Source of the DNA: Haloimpatiens sp. FM7315
GTDB taxonomy: Bacteria; Bacillota; Clostridia; Clostridiales; Clostridiaceae
Direction: 5' to 3'
DNA: 32,000 nt
Assembly: GCF_041861885.3 (NCBI RefSeq)
Contig: NZ_CP175761.1
Span: 2,904,601-2,936,600 of the forward strand
How positions within the stretch are numbered: the first letter of the stretch is position 1; every line of letters begins with the position of its first letter. The notes beneath the pieces are model-generated. The model was not told the DNA's origin. It searched no databases and saw nothing but the letters and a program-made list of their open reading frames with translations. The translations under genes were made by a program, and so were the position numbers. Below are positions 17,180-28,648 of the stretch, in pieces.

Positions 17180-17500
17180 CTAATCCAAAAAATTTTCAGC
17201 AAATTTAATTATCTGCTTTTTACGGTTAATTTCCTTTATAAGCATTTCCCGTCCTTTATCAGTTATTTTATATACTTTTTTATTGTCATCTTCATTACAA
17301 TCTAATTCTATTAAATCTGCGTTTAAAAGCTTTTTTAAAGTTGTATAAAGAGAGGCAGGACCAATAGTAACTTCATTATTTGTAAACTCCTCAATAGTTT
17401 TCATAATTAAGTATCCATGCTTTTTTTTAATAACACTGGATAAAATATAAAAAGCAGGATCTGTTAATTCTCCAATATCAATAGAATCTTTTCTCGGCAT
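17180..17500 (-). CDS. PadR family transcriptional regulator
   Basis: A 106-aa ORF carrying HGYLIMKTIEEFTNNEVTIGPASLYTTLKKLLNADLI, with RBS AAAGGAGGA. Confidence 0.85.
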   Translation of the reverse strand: MPRKDSIDIGELTDPAFYILSSVIKKKHGYLIMKTIEEFTNNEVTIGPASLYTTLKKLLNADLIELDCNEDDNKKVYKITDKGREMLIKEINRKKQIIKFAENFLD

Positions 17501-17589
17501 AAAATCCTCCTTTGTGTTTTTATATTATTTAATGATATAGGTGTCAATATGTCTACAAATTTCCTTTTAATATTTATACTGCAAAAATA

Positions 17590-17617
17590 CCCCCTATAAT
17601 GCTGTGCTTATAGGGGG
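17590..17617 (-). terminator. terminator after the XRE/membrane-protein operon
   Basis: CCCCCTATA-N10-TATAGGGGG forms a perfect 9-bp stem, followed on the minus strand by TATTTTTG. Confidence 0.8.
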
Positions 17618-17660
17618 TAAGAAAACTTATAAAACTTAATTTCCTTTGATATGTTATTTT

Positions 17661-18284
17661 TTATTTTATGTAAAATCTATAAATACAGTATACTACTAGA
17701 GCTAATATAAAGAATCCATATACTATATAAACTATTTTTGAAAGCTTATTAGAAGTTTTTTGTAGATCCTTATATTCTTGTCTATTTACTTTCTTATTTG
17801 GATACAATCCTATCATTAATGAAACTATAATTATATTTATGATTACAACTAATGTGTCTAATCTAATAAAACTTGAAGGAAGTTCGAATAGTTTTACTTT
17901 AAAAATTCCTAAAACAATTAAAATAGAGCTTATTGCCGTTGATAAATAACATACAGTGTTTAAAATCTTAATATTCCTAATCTTAAAAGATATTCTTATA
18001 CCTTTTATATAAAGAAAATAAAAAAATAAATATAATACACAAAGAATATTTGTAAAAGTCAATATTGTATGAACTGTAAACTCCATGTTTCCTATTACAG
18101 CTTTATATAAAACATATGCTATTATAGATACAATGGTTAATAAATTTGACTTCATTAAAGCATCTGACTGAGCTTTTTCTTCTAATTCATCTTTAGATGT
18201 AACCATAGTAATTATGTACACACACATAATCATTATAGATACAAGCAAATGTATAACAAAGCTAATTGATTCTAAATTAGTCAT
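17661..18284 (-). CDS. multi-pass membrane protein (6 predicted TM), function unknown
   Basis: A 207-aa, very hydrophobic ORF. Its ATG overlaps the XRE stop (ATGA-type coupling). Confidence 0.65.
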   Translation of the reverse strand: MTNLESISFVIHLLVSIMIMCVYIITMVTSKDELEEKAQSDALMKSNLLTIVSIIAYVLYKAVIGNMEFTVHTILTFTNILCVLYLFFYFLYIKGIRISFKIRNIKILNTVCYLSTAISSILIVLGIFKVKLFELPSSFIRLDTLVVIINIIIVSLMIGLYPNKKVNRQEYKDLQKTSNKLSKIVYIVYGFFILALVVYCIYRFYIK

Positions 18285-18507
18285 GGTCCTCTACCTCCAA
18301 CATTTCAAAAATCTCATCTACAGTTTTATTAAAGTATTTAGCAATAGAAAAAGCTAGTTTTAGCGAAGGATTAAAAGTGCCTCTCTCTATTTCTGATATC
18401 GTACTTCTATTAACTCCTAAATCTATAGCTAAATCTTCCTGAGTAATGTTACGTTCAGTCCTTAATAGCTTAATTTTTGTATTAAAAATTTTACTTCTCC
18501 TTACCAT
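18277..18507 (-). CDS. XRE family helix-turn-helix transcriptional regulator
   Basis: A 76-aa ORF carrying ITQEDLAIDLGVNRSTISEIERG. Confidence 0.85.
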   Translation of the reverse strand: MVRRSKIFNTKIKLLRTERNITQEDLAIDLGVNRSTISEIERGTFNPSLKLAFSIAKYFNKTVDEIFEMLEVEDHD

Positions 18508-18537
18508 AGTAACCCTCCTTTTTATATATTATACAGC

Positions 18538-18561
18538 TTATGTTGTATATACGCAACATAA
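18538..18561. promoter_or_regulatory. inverted repeat, candidate XRE operator
   Basis: TTATGTTG-N8-CAACATAA has perfect 8-bp arms and lies 31 nt upstream of the xre start. Two further ACAACA motifs lie at about 18573 and about 18595. Confidence 0.45.
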
Positions 18562-18628
18562 TTGTGTGTATGTACAACAAAAAGTTAAATATATACAACA
18601 TTGATTTTCAAAAAAGTTTAAAAAAATA

Positions 18629-18651
18629 ACTCTTACAACTATAGCAAGAGT
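18629..18651 (-). terminator. terminator after katG
   Basis: The minus-strand RNA reads ACUCUUGC-UAUAGUU-GUAAGAGU followed by UAUUUUUUU. Confidence 0.7.
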
Positions 18652-18674
18652 CATTTTCTTATTATATTATTATC

Positions 18675-20909
<2,235 letters not shown>

Positions 20910-21037
20910 TTATGTTTTTTGCCTATAGTATGTAGATAATTTATATATACCATAGGCAGGTCAGTTTATTTTATATAAATACTATTACTGTAAATATATA
21001 AATATTTCACTAATACTATGATTAAAAAATTGTAATT

Positions 21038-21083
21038 TCAAAAACCCTATAGAGTAGACTTTTTTAGTATCTACTCTATAGGG
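21038..21083 (-). terminator. terminator of the ABC/two-component operon
   Basis: CCCTATAGAGTAGA-N11-TCTACTCTATAGGG forms a perfect 14-bp stem, followed on the minus strand by TTTTTG. Confidence 0.85.
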
Positions 21084-21138
21084 TACATTTTAAATTAACT
21101 TATCATATGCTTTTTTAATTGAAATATTACAAAGATAA

Positions 21139-22161
21139 TTATTTTACTACTGGAAATGATAATGACATTTCAAAACCATCCTTGTAATCTTCTGTGACCT
21201 CTATTTTAATCTTTAAATTATTCGCTACTTTTTTTGCTAAGTAAAGTCCCATTCCCGTAGATTTTTTTGTCTTAGTGCCAGCATCTCCTGTAAATCCCTT
21301 ATCAAACAAAAATGCCAGATCATAAGGCTTAGCACCTATACCATTATCTCTTATTATTAATATTATATTTTCCTCTTCAAGCCTAGAAGATACTTCTATA
21401 AAAGATTCCTCTTTTTCTAAATCCCTATATTTTATGGAATTACTGAAAATTTGTCTTAACACAAAACACAATCCCTTTTTATCTGAAAGGATCTTAATAT
21501 TTCCAAGGTTGTTATAAACAGAAATTTTTTGTTCTTCTAATAAGCTTTTATACTCCTCTTCAACATCTTTACATATTTCATAAAGAGACATTTCTTCAAA
21601 TATATAATCTAAATGCTCTGATTTCACCCTTGAATAATATAAAATTCTTTCAATATCTTCCTGCATTTCACTTCTTGCATATTCTAATTTTTGGTAGATT
21701 TTAGGTGATATCTCTTCTTTTCTATTGTCAAGGACAAAAGTCATTAGTGCTACTGGTGTTTTTATCTCATGAGCCCAAACTTCTATATACTCTTCATACT
21801 CTTTTAAGTTTAACTCCTGCTTTTTTATTAGTTCTTCCTCTTTGCGAAGTTTTGCTGCAATTATATGAATAATCTCTTTTTCATCATCCTGAAGAAAATC
21901 AAGACATACTTCCTCTTGCTTTAAATCTAAACTTTCAATAAAGCCTATAATCTCCTCTTTTTTCCTTTTATCTTTGCCATAAACAAGGAAACCAATTAAA
22001 CTGTATAATAGAATAGAACCAATTATAAAAGTCGGGAAAATATAAGTAAAACTATTAGAATCCATAAGCCAGAGAAAAACACCAGACATAACATTAAAAA
22101 ACAGAATTAAGCTAAGCCATATTTTATATTTTAAAAAAACTCTTACGAACTTTCTAATCAT
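21139..22161 (-). CDS. intramembrane-sensing histidine kinase (BceS-like)
   Basis: It has two N-terminal TM helices with almost no extracellular loop, H-box WAHEIKTP, N-box FSNSIKY and G-boxes DNGIG and GMGLYL. Confidence 0.85.
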   Translation of the reverse strand: MIRKFVRVFLKYKIWLSLILFFNVMSGVFLWLMDSNSFTYIFPTFIIGSILLYSLIGFLVYGKDKRKKEEIIGFIESLDLKQEEVCLDFLQDDEKEIIHIIAAKLRKEEELIKKQELNLKEYEEYIEVWAHEIKTPVALMTFVLDNRKEEISPKIYQKLEYARSEMQEDIERILYYSRVKSEHLDYIFEEMSLYEICKDVEEEYKSLLEEQKISVYNNLGNIKILSDKKGLCFVLRQIFSNSIKYRDLEKEESFIEVSSRLEEENIILIIRDNGIGAKPYDLAFLFDKGFTGDAGTKTKKSTGMGLYLAKKVANNLKIKIEVTEDYKDGFEMSLSFPVVK

Positions 22162-22840
22162 TTCCCTTTTCCTCGACTTCTTGAAGATTATATCCTTTTC
22201 CTCTCACTGTTACAATTTTATATTTCATGCCTAAACTTTTAATAACCTTTTTTAATCTAGTCATGTTAACCTGTAGTGCATTTGCATCAATGTATTCTTT
22301 AGTTCCCCATATTTTCTCAAATAACATATCTTTTGTAACAATTTTGTCCCTGTTTAATAAAAGAAGCTCCATTATTTTCCCTTGGTTTTCAGTTAGTACA
22401 ATTGATTTCTCATTAGCATACATTGTATAAGTCTGTAAATCAAGTTTTACTCCTTTTATCTCAGCAAAATGATTTCTGCCTTCAAATCTTTTTAAAAGAT
22501 TATAAATTCTAGCTGTCAATCTATCTTTATTGCAGGGCTTTGTAAGATATTCATCAGCTCCTAAGCCTAAAGCTTGCAGCTCATCTTTTAACTTATCCCG
22601 GCTGGTCAAAACCAGTATAGGAGTACTACTTTTTCTCCTAATTAATTTGCATATTTCAAACCCAGTTATTCCTGGAAGATTTAAATCCAAAAGCACAAGG
22701 TCAGGAGATTCATTTAAGATATCTTTTGCTATATTATCGAATTTAGTAATGCTGCAAGTTTCATAAGCTTCTTTTTTTAATATATCTTCAAGCTCTTCCC
22801 TCATAAACAATTCATCTTCAACTATAACAATTTTCTTCAT
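22154..22840 (-). CDS. OmpR-family response regulator (BceR-like)
   Basis: The receiver domain reads DLVLLDLNLPG and the C-terminal winged helix reads VTVRGKGY. It overlaps the kinase start by 8 nt. Confidence 0.9.
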   Translation of the reverse strand: MKKIVIVEDELFMREELEDILKKEAYETCSITKFDNIAKDILNESPDLVLLDLNLPGITGFEICKLIRRKSSTPILVLTSRDKLKDELQALGLGADEYLTKPCNKDRLTARIYNLLKRFEGRNHFAEIKGVKLDLQTYTMYANEKSIVLTENQGKIMELLLLNRDKIVTKDMLFEKIWGTKEYIDANALQVNMTRLKKVIKSLGMKYKIVTVRGKGYNLQEVEEKGND

Positions 22841-22858
22841 TTAAATCTCCTTTTGATT

Positions 22859-24901
22859 TTAATTATCTTCTCTTTTTATCTCCATTAATTTATATATCTG
22901 CTTGTCGCTCAATTTCATTACCCCAATTATATAACAAAATTCTACCACACAAAGCACCAGAATTACAGGTATTGAAATCATCATTAATGTATTAATTTTT
23001 AATTTCATAGCTGAAGTTGCAATTCCTGAAAATAGTGCTTTAACTCCAAACACACTTCCTATTGCTGCAACCACTACTGGAAAAGAAAAATACCACTTTA
23101 TCTGTTTTCTCGCTGACTTACACAAATCTTTATATTTACAGCCAAGGCGGATTAAAGTATTATAACGTCTTCCCGTCTTTTGCTGCTGCATTAAAAATTG
23201 AACTCCTATAACTGTATTTGCAATAATAAGGAAAATAAATCCTAGATAAATTGTTGTGTAACTACCTGCCACTGAATAAAACAATTCCCTTCCCATATTT
23301 TGAAGATAACTTTCATAATTTAAATCTGTTTTATTAATCAAAGCATTTACCTGCATAATTGACTGCATTAATCCATTCTTTTTTATAAAATCATTTTTTA
23401 ATGCTGCATTCCAATAAGAATTCACATTTTTCTTATCTATAACTTTATTAAAGGTATCATCTGGAACAATTAAGGCGTAACTTAGATTTATAGCACTGTC
23501 CGTAACTATATCATCATAGCAAAGTTTCTGTGAAATTTCATATTTTTTACCGTCAATTTGTATATTTACCTTTTCTTTAAGTGCATTTTTTAAAACCTCT
23601 GCTCCATTTGAAAATTCTAATCCATTAAATATAACAACTTCATTGTTTTTAAGCTGTAATGTGCTTTTTCCTGCCAATTTTAATATTTTATTATAACCTG
23701 ATTCATTAATTAAATATGGGTACTTAAAAGTCTGAAGATTATTTAATAGTATATCCTTATTATTAGATTGCTGCTGTTTCTCTATAGATTGTATTAATTC
23801 TTTATAGGAAAAGCTGTTTTCATACTTATCACTTAAAATACCTGCCTTGACATTAAATATTTCATTCATGTAATCCTTAATTTGAAGCTTACTCAATTCC
23901 GATTTTATGTGTCCCTCTTCCCCCTCAAATGTATAATGAAGTACATGCTGTCCTGATGATTTAGAGTTAATACTAACTGAAATACCATAAGCAAAAAAGC
24001 ACAATGCCATTAATACTAATAAGGATGAAACTGCAAGAGAATTTGATTTTAAAAATACATTTTCCTGTAACTGCCTGAATGTAAATACTTCAAGGCCATT
24101 TTTATTTTTCATCTTTTTAAGCATAGTTTCAAACAATATTCCAATTCCGTTAAACAAAAGGAATGTACCCAAAATGCCAAGGACAACGGCAATTGCCATA
24201 TTATTCATAGCAGTCCACGCATATCCCGTAATCGCCAATTTATAAGCAGCACCTAATAAAATAATACCTGTAACTAATTTTATGAGTGTAAAAATTGTAC
24301 TGCAGGTCTTGTTTTTTTCATTTTGAGATTCTTCTAAAAGCTTCATTATCTCTTTTTTAGCAATTTTCCAGCTCAATATTAATAAAGCCAATAATCTAAT
24401 AATAAAATATCCAGCTATAGTCCAAAATACTGCATTAATAGAAAATGATAATTTATGACCTACAATTCCAAGTCCTACAACTTTAGCTGTAATCATGCTA
24501 ATCATTTCTGATATAAAAATTGCTATAGGAATTCCAATAATAAGAGTTAATACACTATTCCATATCTCTTCCCCTAAAAGCATGAAAAACAATTTACTTT
24601 GTCTCATACCAAGCATTAAATACATTCCAAATTCATGACTTCTTCTTTCTACCTGGTACTTTCCTGCAAAATAAACCAAAAAGAACAAGATAAAAAGGGA
24701 CACTCCATAAAGCACAGGAGTTACTAATAATAGTTTTCTAACTGCATCACTTTCAATTGTCTTTAAAAATCTTATTACATCCTGATTTTCTAAGGATAAG
24801 ATAATGTAAAATGCTATTATTGACACAATTAATGATACAAAAAGAAGACCATTTTCTTTTATATTTCGCTTGCTGTTTCTCTTAATTAAACTAAAGAACA
24901 T
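22859..24901 (-). CDS. BceB-type ABC transporter permease (FtsX-like, 10 TM with a large extracellular domain)
   Basis: A 680-aa ORF with TM clusters at both ends and a soluble insert of about 200 aa between them. It overlaps the ATPase gene by 11 nt. Confidence 0.85.
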   Translation of the reverse strand: MFFSLIKRNSKRNIKENGLLFVSLIVSIIAFYIILSLENQDVIRFLKTIESDAVRKLLLVTPVLYGVSLFILFFLVYFAGKYQVERRSHEFGMYLMLGMRQSKLFFMLLGEEIWNSVLTLIIGIPIAIFISEMISMITAKVVGLGIVGHKLSFSINAVFWTIAGYFIIRLLALLILSWKIAKKEIMKLLEESQNEKNKTCSTIFTLIKLVTGIILLGAAYKLAITGYAWTAMNNMAIAVVLGILGTFLLFNGIGILFETMLKKMKNKNGLEVFTFRQLQENVFLKSNSLAVSSLLVLMALCFFAYGISVSINSKSSGQHVLHYTFEGEEGHIKSELSKLQIKDYMNEIFNVKAGILSDKYENSFSYKELIQSIEKQQQSNNKDILLNNLQTFKYPYLINESGYNKILKLAGKSTLQLKNNEVVIFNGLEFSNGAEVLKNALKEKVNIQIDGKKYEISQKLCYDDIVTDSAINLSYALIVPDDTFNKVIDKKNVNSYWNAALKNDFIKKNGLMQSIMQVNALINKTDLNYESYLQNMGRELFYSVAGSYTTIYLGFIFLIIANTVIGVQFLMQQQKTGRRYNTLIRLGCKYKDLCKSARKQIKWYFSFPVVVAAIGSVFGVKALFSGIATSAMKLKINTLMMISIPVILVLCVVEFCYIIGVMKLSDKQIYKLMEIKREDN

Positions 24902-25667
24902 TAGCGCTTCCTCCTCCCAGCTGTGCCATTACTGAGATTATTCTTTCATAGAAAGCCTCTTTACTTTCTTCAGGTAATCTTCTTCTAAGCTCATGAAAAA
25001 CCACTCCATCTTGAATAAATAAAATTCTTTGGCAAAAACTTGCTGCATTTGGGTCATGAGTAACCATTAAAATAGTTGTTCTCTCATCTTTATTAAGGCC
25101 TAAAAGTTTATTCATCAGAAGCTTTGCATTTTTAGAATCTAATGCACCAGTTGGCTCATCTGCTAAAACTATTTCTGGATTTAATATTAATGCTCTTGCA
25201 GCTGCCACACGCTGTTTCTGCCCTCCTGACATTTGTGAGGGAAATTTTGTCATCACATCTTCTATTTCTAAATATTTTACAAGCTCATCTATCCTCTTTT
25301 CATTCTCCTTTCCCATCATATTATGAATTGCAATGGGAAGCATAATATTTTCACGGGCCGTCAAGTTATCTATCAGCTCAAAATTTTGAAATAAATATCC
25401 TATACGGTTGCCTCTATACTCTGCTAGCTTTCTTCCTTTAAATTTTCCTATGTCTTCACCTTTTAAAAATATTTTTCCATCTGTAGAAACTATTGTTGTC
25501 GCAATACAATTTAACAATGTGGTTTTTCCAGAACCACTGCTTCCCATAATACCAACGAATTCTCCATCTATAATTTGAAAACTTATATTATCTATAGCCT
25601 TTGTAATATTATCCTTTTTTCCATAATATTTACTCAAAGACTTTACCTCTAATATCTTATCTTCCAT
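24891..25667 (-). CDS. BceA-type ABC transporter ATP-binding protein
   Basis: It has Walker A GSSGSGKTT, signature MSGGQKQR and Walker B VLADEPT. Confidence 0.9.
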   Translation of the reverse strand: MEDKILEVKSLSKYYGKKDNITKAIDNISFQIIDGEFVGIMGSSGSGKTTLLNCIATTIVSTDGKIFLKGEDIGKFKGRKLAEYRGNRIGYLFQNFELIDNLTARENIMLPIAIHNMMGKENEKRIDELVKYLEIEDVMTKFPSQMSGGQKQRVAAARALILNPEIVLADEPTGALDSKNAKLLMNKLLGLNKDERTTILMVTHDPNAASFCQRILFIQDGVVFHELRRRLPEESKEAFYERIISVMAQLGGGSANVL

Positions 25668-25806
25668 TCTTTATTTCCATCCTTTCATAATCTTCAATCT
25701 TATAATCACCAGTTAAATAATTAATTAATCATTTCTTTAAATTCATTATACAAAATACCAACCATATATAACACTTACAGTTCATGAAAGGCTTAGATAA
25801 AAAAAC

Positions 25807-25837
25807 AGCCTTAGGCAATCTTACACTGCTTAAGGCT
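25807..25837 (-). terminator. terminator after the MerR-methyltransferase gene
   Basis: The minus strand reads AGCCTTAAGCA-N9-TGCCTAAGGCT (11 bp, 1 mismatch) followed by GTTTTTTTAT. Confidence 0.75.
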
Positions 25838-25851
25838 GAAACTATTACAAA

Positions 25852-26901
25852 TTATTGTATTTTAATTATATAGTTGAATTCATCAATTCTTTTATATTCT
25901 AATTTTTTATTATATTTATTAAATTCATCTTCTAAAAAATTAATATGAGAGTAATATTCATCTTCTATTTCTGCTATCTTATCTTTAGATAATCCCTTTA
26001 AGATACTTTTTTCATCCTCTTTACTTTTAAACATCAAATCCCCTATTACTATCATTCCCCTATCTTTAAGGACTCTTATAATTTCTTCAATAGCTATAAC
26101 TTTTTCAACATCATTTAAGTGATGAAATGCATAAGTTGAAACAACTACATCAAAAGAATTATTTTCATAAGGTATTTTTAAAAACTCGCCTAGCCTAACT
26201 TTTAGCTTAGGGTATTTCTGCTTCGATACTGATAGCATCTCTCTAGATTGATCTATTCCTATAATATTATAACCACTGCTTAAAAATTTACCCGCTAGGT
26301 TTCCTGTACCTACCCCAATTTCTAAAATCCTTGGATTTAAAAAATCTGCATTATGCACCAAATCATAAACACTTTGCAGTATTAATTTATAATTTTTATA
26401 TATCTTTAATTCACCTTTGTCTGCTTCAACAGACTTATCATAGGTCTTAGCCCAATTGTTAAAATCCCATTTATCTTTCCAATTATTTTTTATTTTGTTT
26501 AACTCCTGGCTGCTTTTTATTATGTCCAATACATCACTGTCTATCTTATATTCCTTAGTTTTTTCATAAAGCTTATCTATTACATTTTCTAATGAACTTC
26601 TTATGACGCTAAGCCTATGAATTTCATTGTTAACAAATTCCCACTGATTGCTTAAATGAGTTAAGCAATTTTCTTTTTCATTATTATCTAATATACTTTT
26701 AATATCACCTACTGTAAGTCCTATTGACCTATAAAGAAGTATAGCCTGCAATCTCACAATATCCCTAGATGTAAATCTTCTATACTCGTTATCCTTTTGT
26801 CTTATAGGATCTAATAACCCTTTTTTATCATAAAATCTAATTTTATTTGCAGTTATGTTAAACATATCTGCAACTTGACTTATACTGTAATTATTGTCCA
26901 T
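25852..26901 (-). CDS. MerR-family HTH regulator fused to a class I SAM-dependent methyltransferase domain
   Basis: The N-terminus reads YSISQVADMFNITANKIRFYDKKGLL...RRF (MerR HTH). The C-terminus has SAM motif I ILEIGVGTGNL and the VVSTYAFHH and IVIGDL motifs. Confidence 0.85.
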   Translation of the reverse strand: MDNNYSISQVADMFNITANKIRFYDKKGLLDPIRQKDNEYRRFTSRDIVRLQAILLYRSIGLTVGDIKSILDNNEKENCLTHLSNQWEFVNNEIHRLSVIRSSLENVIDKLYEKTKEYKIDSDVLDIIKSSQELNKIKNNWKDKWDFNNWAKTYDKSVEADKGELKIYKNYKLILQSVYDLVHNADFLNPRILEIGVGTGNLAGKFLSSGYNIIGIDQSREMLSVSKQKYPKLKVRLGEFLKIPYENNSFDVVVSTYAFHHLNDVEKVIAIEEIIRVLKDRGMIVIGDLMFKSKEDEKSILKGLSKDKIAEIEDEYYSHINFLEDEFNKYNKKLEYKRIDEFNYIIKIQ

Positions 26902-26933
26902 ATTTTCAACTCCTAATATTTATCTTTACCCTT

Positions 26934-26964
26934 ATTTTAAACTTTCGCCTTAGGCTAAAGTCAA
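26934..26964 (-). promoter_or_regulatory. MerR-type promoter with 19-bp spacer and embedded palindrome
   Basis: The minus strand reads TTGACT, 19 nt (TTAGCCTAAGGCGAAAGTT) and TAAAAT. The imperfect palindrome ACTTTAGCC-TAA-GGCGAAAGT (8 of 9) spans the -35 element and the spacer. It lies 33 nt upstream of the ATG. Confidence 0.65.
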
Positions 26965-27178
26965 CAGTATAAAGTTCAAAAATTTTAAATTTTAAATTTT
27001 TCTGAAGTATGAAGAAAATCATCCATTACTAGTCTATCACTCTTATATTACAGAAAACTTAATACAGGAAAGTATGGTGCTGCGTAAAAGCCATTGGGAG
27101 TGAGCTTAGCATTGTTTAGAGTAACGTACTGGCTTTCTAACAGCACTGTGTTTTACTGCGTAAGTTACTTCAAAATAT

Positions 27179-27439
27179 TTATTCTGCATCAAAGTCAATA
27201 AAGTACTCTTTATCTTCAGTATGTATATTAAGCGTAGCTAAATTAATATTATCTTTTAAAATATCCACTCTATACTCAAACGTAATATCATCATTTTGAT
27301 TCTTTAAAAATAAGTAACTTCCTTCCTCTTTTCCCTCAGCCTCATCGCTTATTTCATCGTATATTTTTTTACCACTAACTTCCATAGAATATCCTGATTT
27401 TCTTATCTTGTCTTCTATTGCTTTATAAAACTTTTCCAT
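27179..27439 (-). CDS. small acidic hypothetical protein (86 aa)
   Basis: The ORF reads MEKFYKAIEDKIRKSGY...YFIDFDAE and I recognise no family. The ORF-track start at 27478 lacks an RBS, so I prefer ATG 27439. Confidence 0.5.
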   Translation of the reverse strand: MEKFYKAIEDKIRKSGYSMEVSGKKIYDEISDEAEGKEEGSYLFLKNQNDDITFEYRVDILKDNINLATLNIHTEDKEYFIDFDAE

Positions 27440-27536
27440 ATATTCTTTCTCTCTTTCTTTTTTATATAAGTATAACATGTTTCTAACTACTACTTATAAG
27501 ATAACTTCATATCCTTACTACTTTTTTGCACAATTT

Positions 27537-28325
27537 TTATTCGGTCATTTTTGCTAATCTATATTCCACTGGAGTCATATAATTTAGTGAACTATGAATA
27601 CGTTTATTGTTATACCATAACACATAACTTTTTAATTCTAGTTTAAGTTCTTCCAAGCTTTTGAAAATCCTGTTAAATGCAAATTCAGTTTTTATAATAT
27701 TATATCCTGCTTCAGCAATTGCATTATCATAAGGACATCCTTTTTTACTTAAGGAACGTTTTATATCAAAAGTTTGTAAAACCTCATCTATTATTTTGTT
27801 TTTAAATTCATTACCTCTGTCAGTATGAAATATTTTCACTTTAGTTAAATTTATATTAGTACTCATAAATGCTTCATAAACTAGCTTGGCATCTTTTTTA
27901 GTTCCTGCTGAATAGCCCACTATTTCTCTATTAAAAAGGTTGATTAATAAACATATGTAGTTCCATTTTCCTGCCACATTTACATATGTAAGATCACTTA
28001 CAACTATCTCTAAGTCACTTCTATTATCAAATTCTCTATTTACTATATTCTCTACTTTTTCTTCGTTACAACCAGCTTTATGGACCTTATATTGTTTTAC
28101 AGTGTAATTAGAAACTAGTCTATACTTGTCCATAATTTCTCTTATCTTTCTTCTTGATGATATTATATTTTCCTTTTTTAATTCTACTTTTATCTTTCTT
28201 GAACCATAATTATTTTTACTTTCTCTAAAAATTTTTATAACCGCATTTTCTAGTTTAGTATTATAAACTCTAGTTTTCCTCTTATAATAAACTAAACTTC
28301 TTGGAATGTTTAAGATTCTACACAT
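27537..28325 (-). CDS. IS3-family transposase OrfB (DDE/rve catalytic domain)
   Basis: It has VSDLTY (D), HTDRGNEF (D) and PYDNAIAE (E). The frame stays open upstream of the listed ATG back to about 28404, consistent with an OrfAB fusion made by a -1 frameshift. Confidence 0.9.
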   Translation of the reverse strand: MCRILNIPRSLVYYKRKTRVYNTKLENAVIKIFRESKNNYGSRKIKVELKKENIISSRRKIREIMDKYRLVSNYTVKQYKVHKAGCNEEKVENIVNREFDNRSDLEIVVSDLTYVNVAGKWNYICLLINLFNREIVGYSAGTKKDAKLVYEAFMSTNINLTKVKIFHTDRGNEFKNKIIDEVLQTFDIKRSLSKKGCPYDNAIAEAGYNIIKTEFAFNRIFKSLEELKLELKSYVLWYNNKRIHSSLNYMTPVEYRLAKMTE

Positions 28326-28360
28326 TGCACTGATACTGTACTTTTCTTTATTCCCTAGAA

Positions 28361-28648
28361 TTATTTCTGTTTTCGTGCCATTATCAGCGCTGCTTGCTTT
28401 AAAATATCATTTTCCATCATCAACTGTTTATTTTCTTTACGAAGACGCATTAGTTCATTTTCCTCATCAGTACGATTATCTTTAGCCTTGAAAGACCCAG
28501 ATTTACTATAATCATTTACCCACTTAACTACTGTAGATTTCGCTATTTGATATTCTCTTGCAATATCTGCTGTTGATTTTCCATTTTGTTTAAGAGCTAC
28601 TATTTGCTTTTTAAAATCCTCTGTATAATTTTTTGTTTTCCCTGCCAT
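28361..28648 (-). CDS. IS3-family transposase OrfA (HTH plus leucine zipper)
   Basis: The ORF reads MAGKTKNYTEDFKKQIVALKQNGKSTADIAREYQIAKSTVVKWV...LRKENKQLMMENDILKQA. The likely start is ATG 28648, after GAGGGTGG. Confidence 0.9.
   Translation of the reverse strand: MAGKTKNYTEDFKKQIVALKQNGKSTADIAREYQIAKSTVVKWVNDYSKSGSFKAKDNRTDEENELMRLRKENKQLMMENDILKQAALIMARKQK

Noticed and set aside
25668-25800. A specific BceR-type operator upstream of the ABC ATPase gene.
   Set aside because: Only loose matches (ACTGTAAGTGT) were found near a poor -35 element, and I cannot support a defined inverted repeat.
27060-27170. A possible c-di-GMP-II, yybP-ykoY or group II intron domain V identity for the GC-rich structured island.
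   Set aside because: Only short word matches (ACGCA, AAAGCC, GGGAGUGAGC, ACGUAC) are present. The order and pairing do not reproduce the conserved architectures as I remember them. It is kept only as an unclassified structured element.
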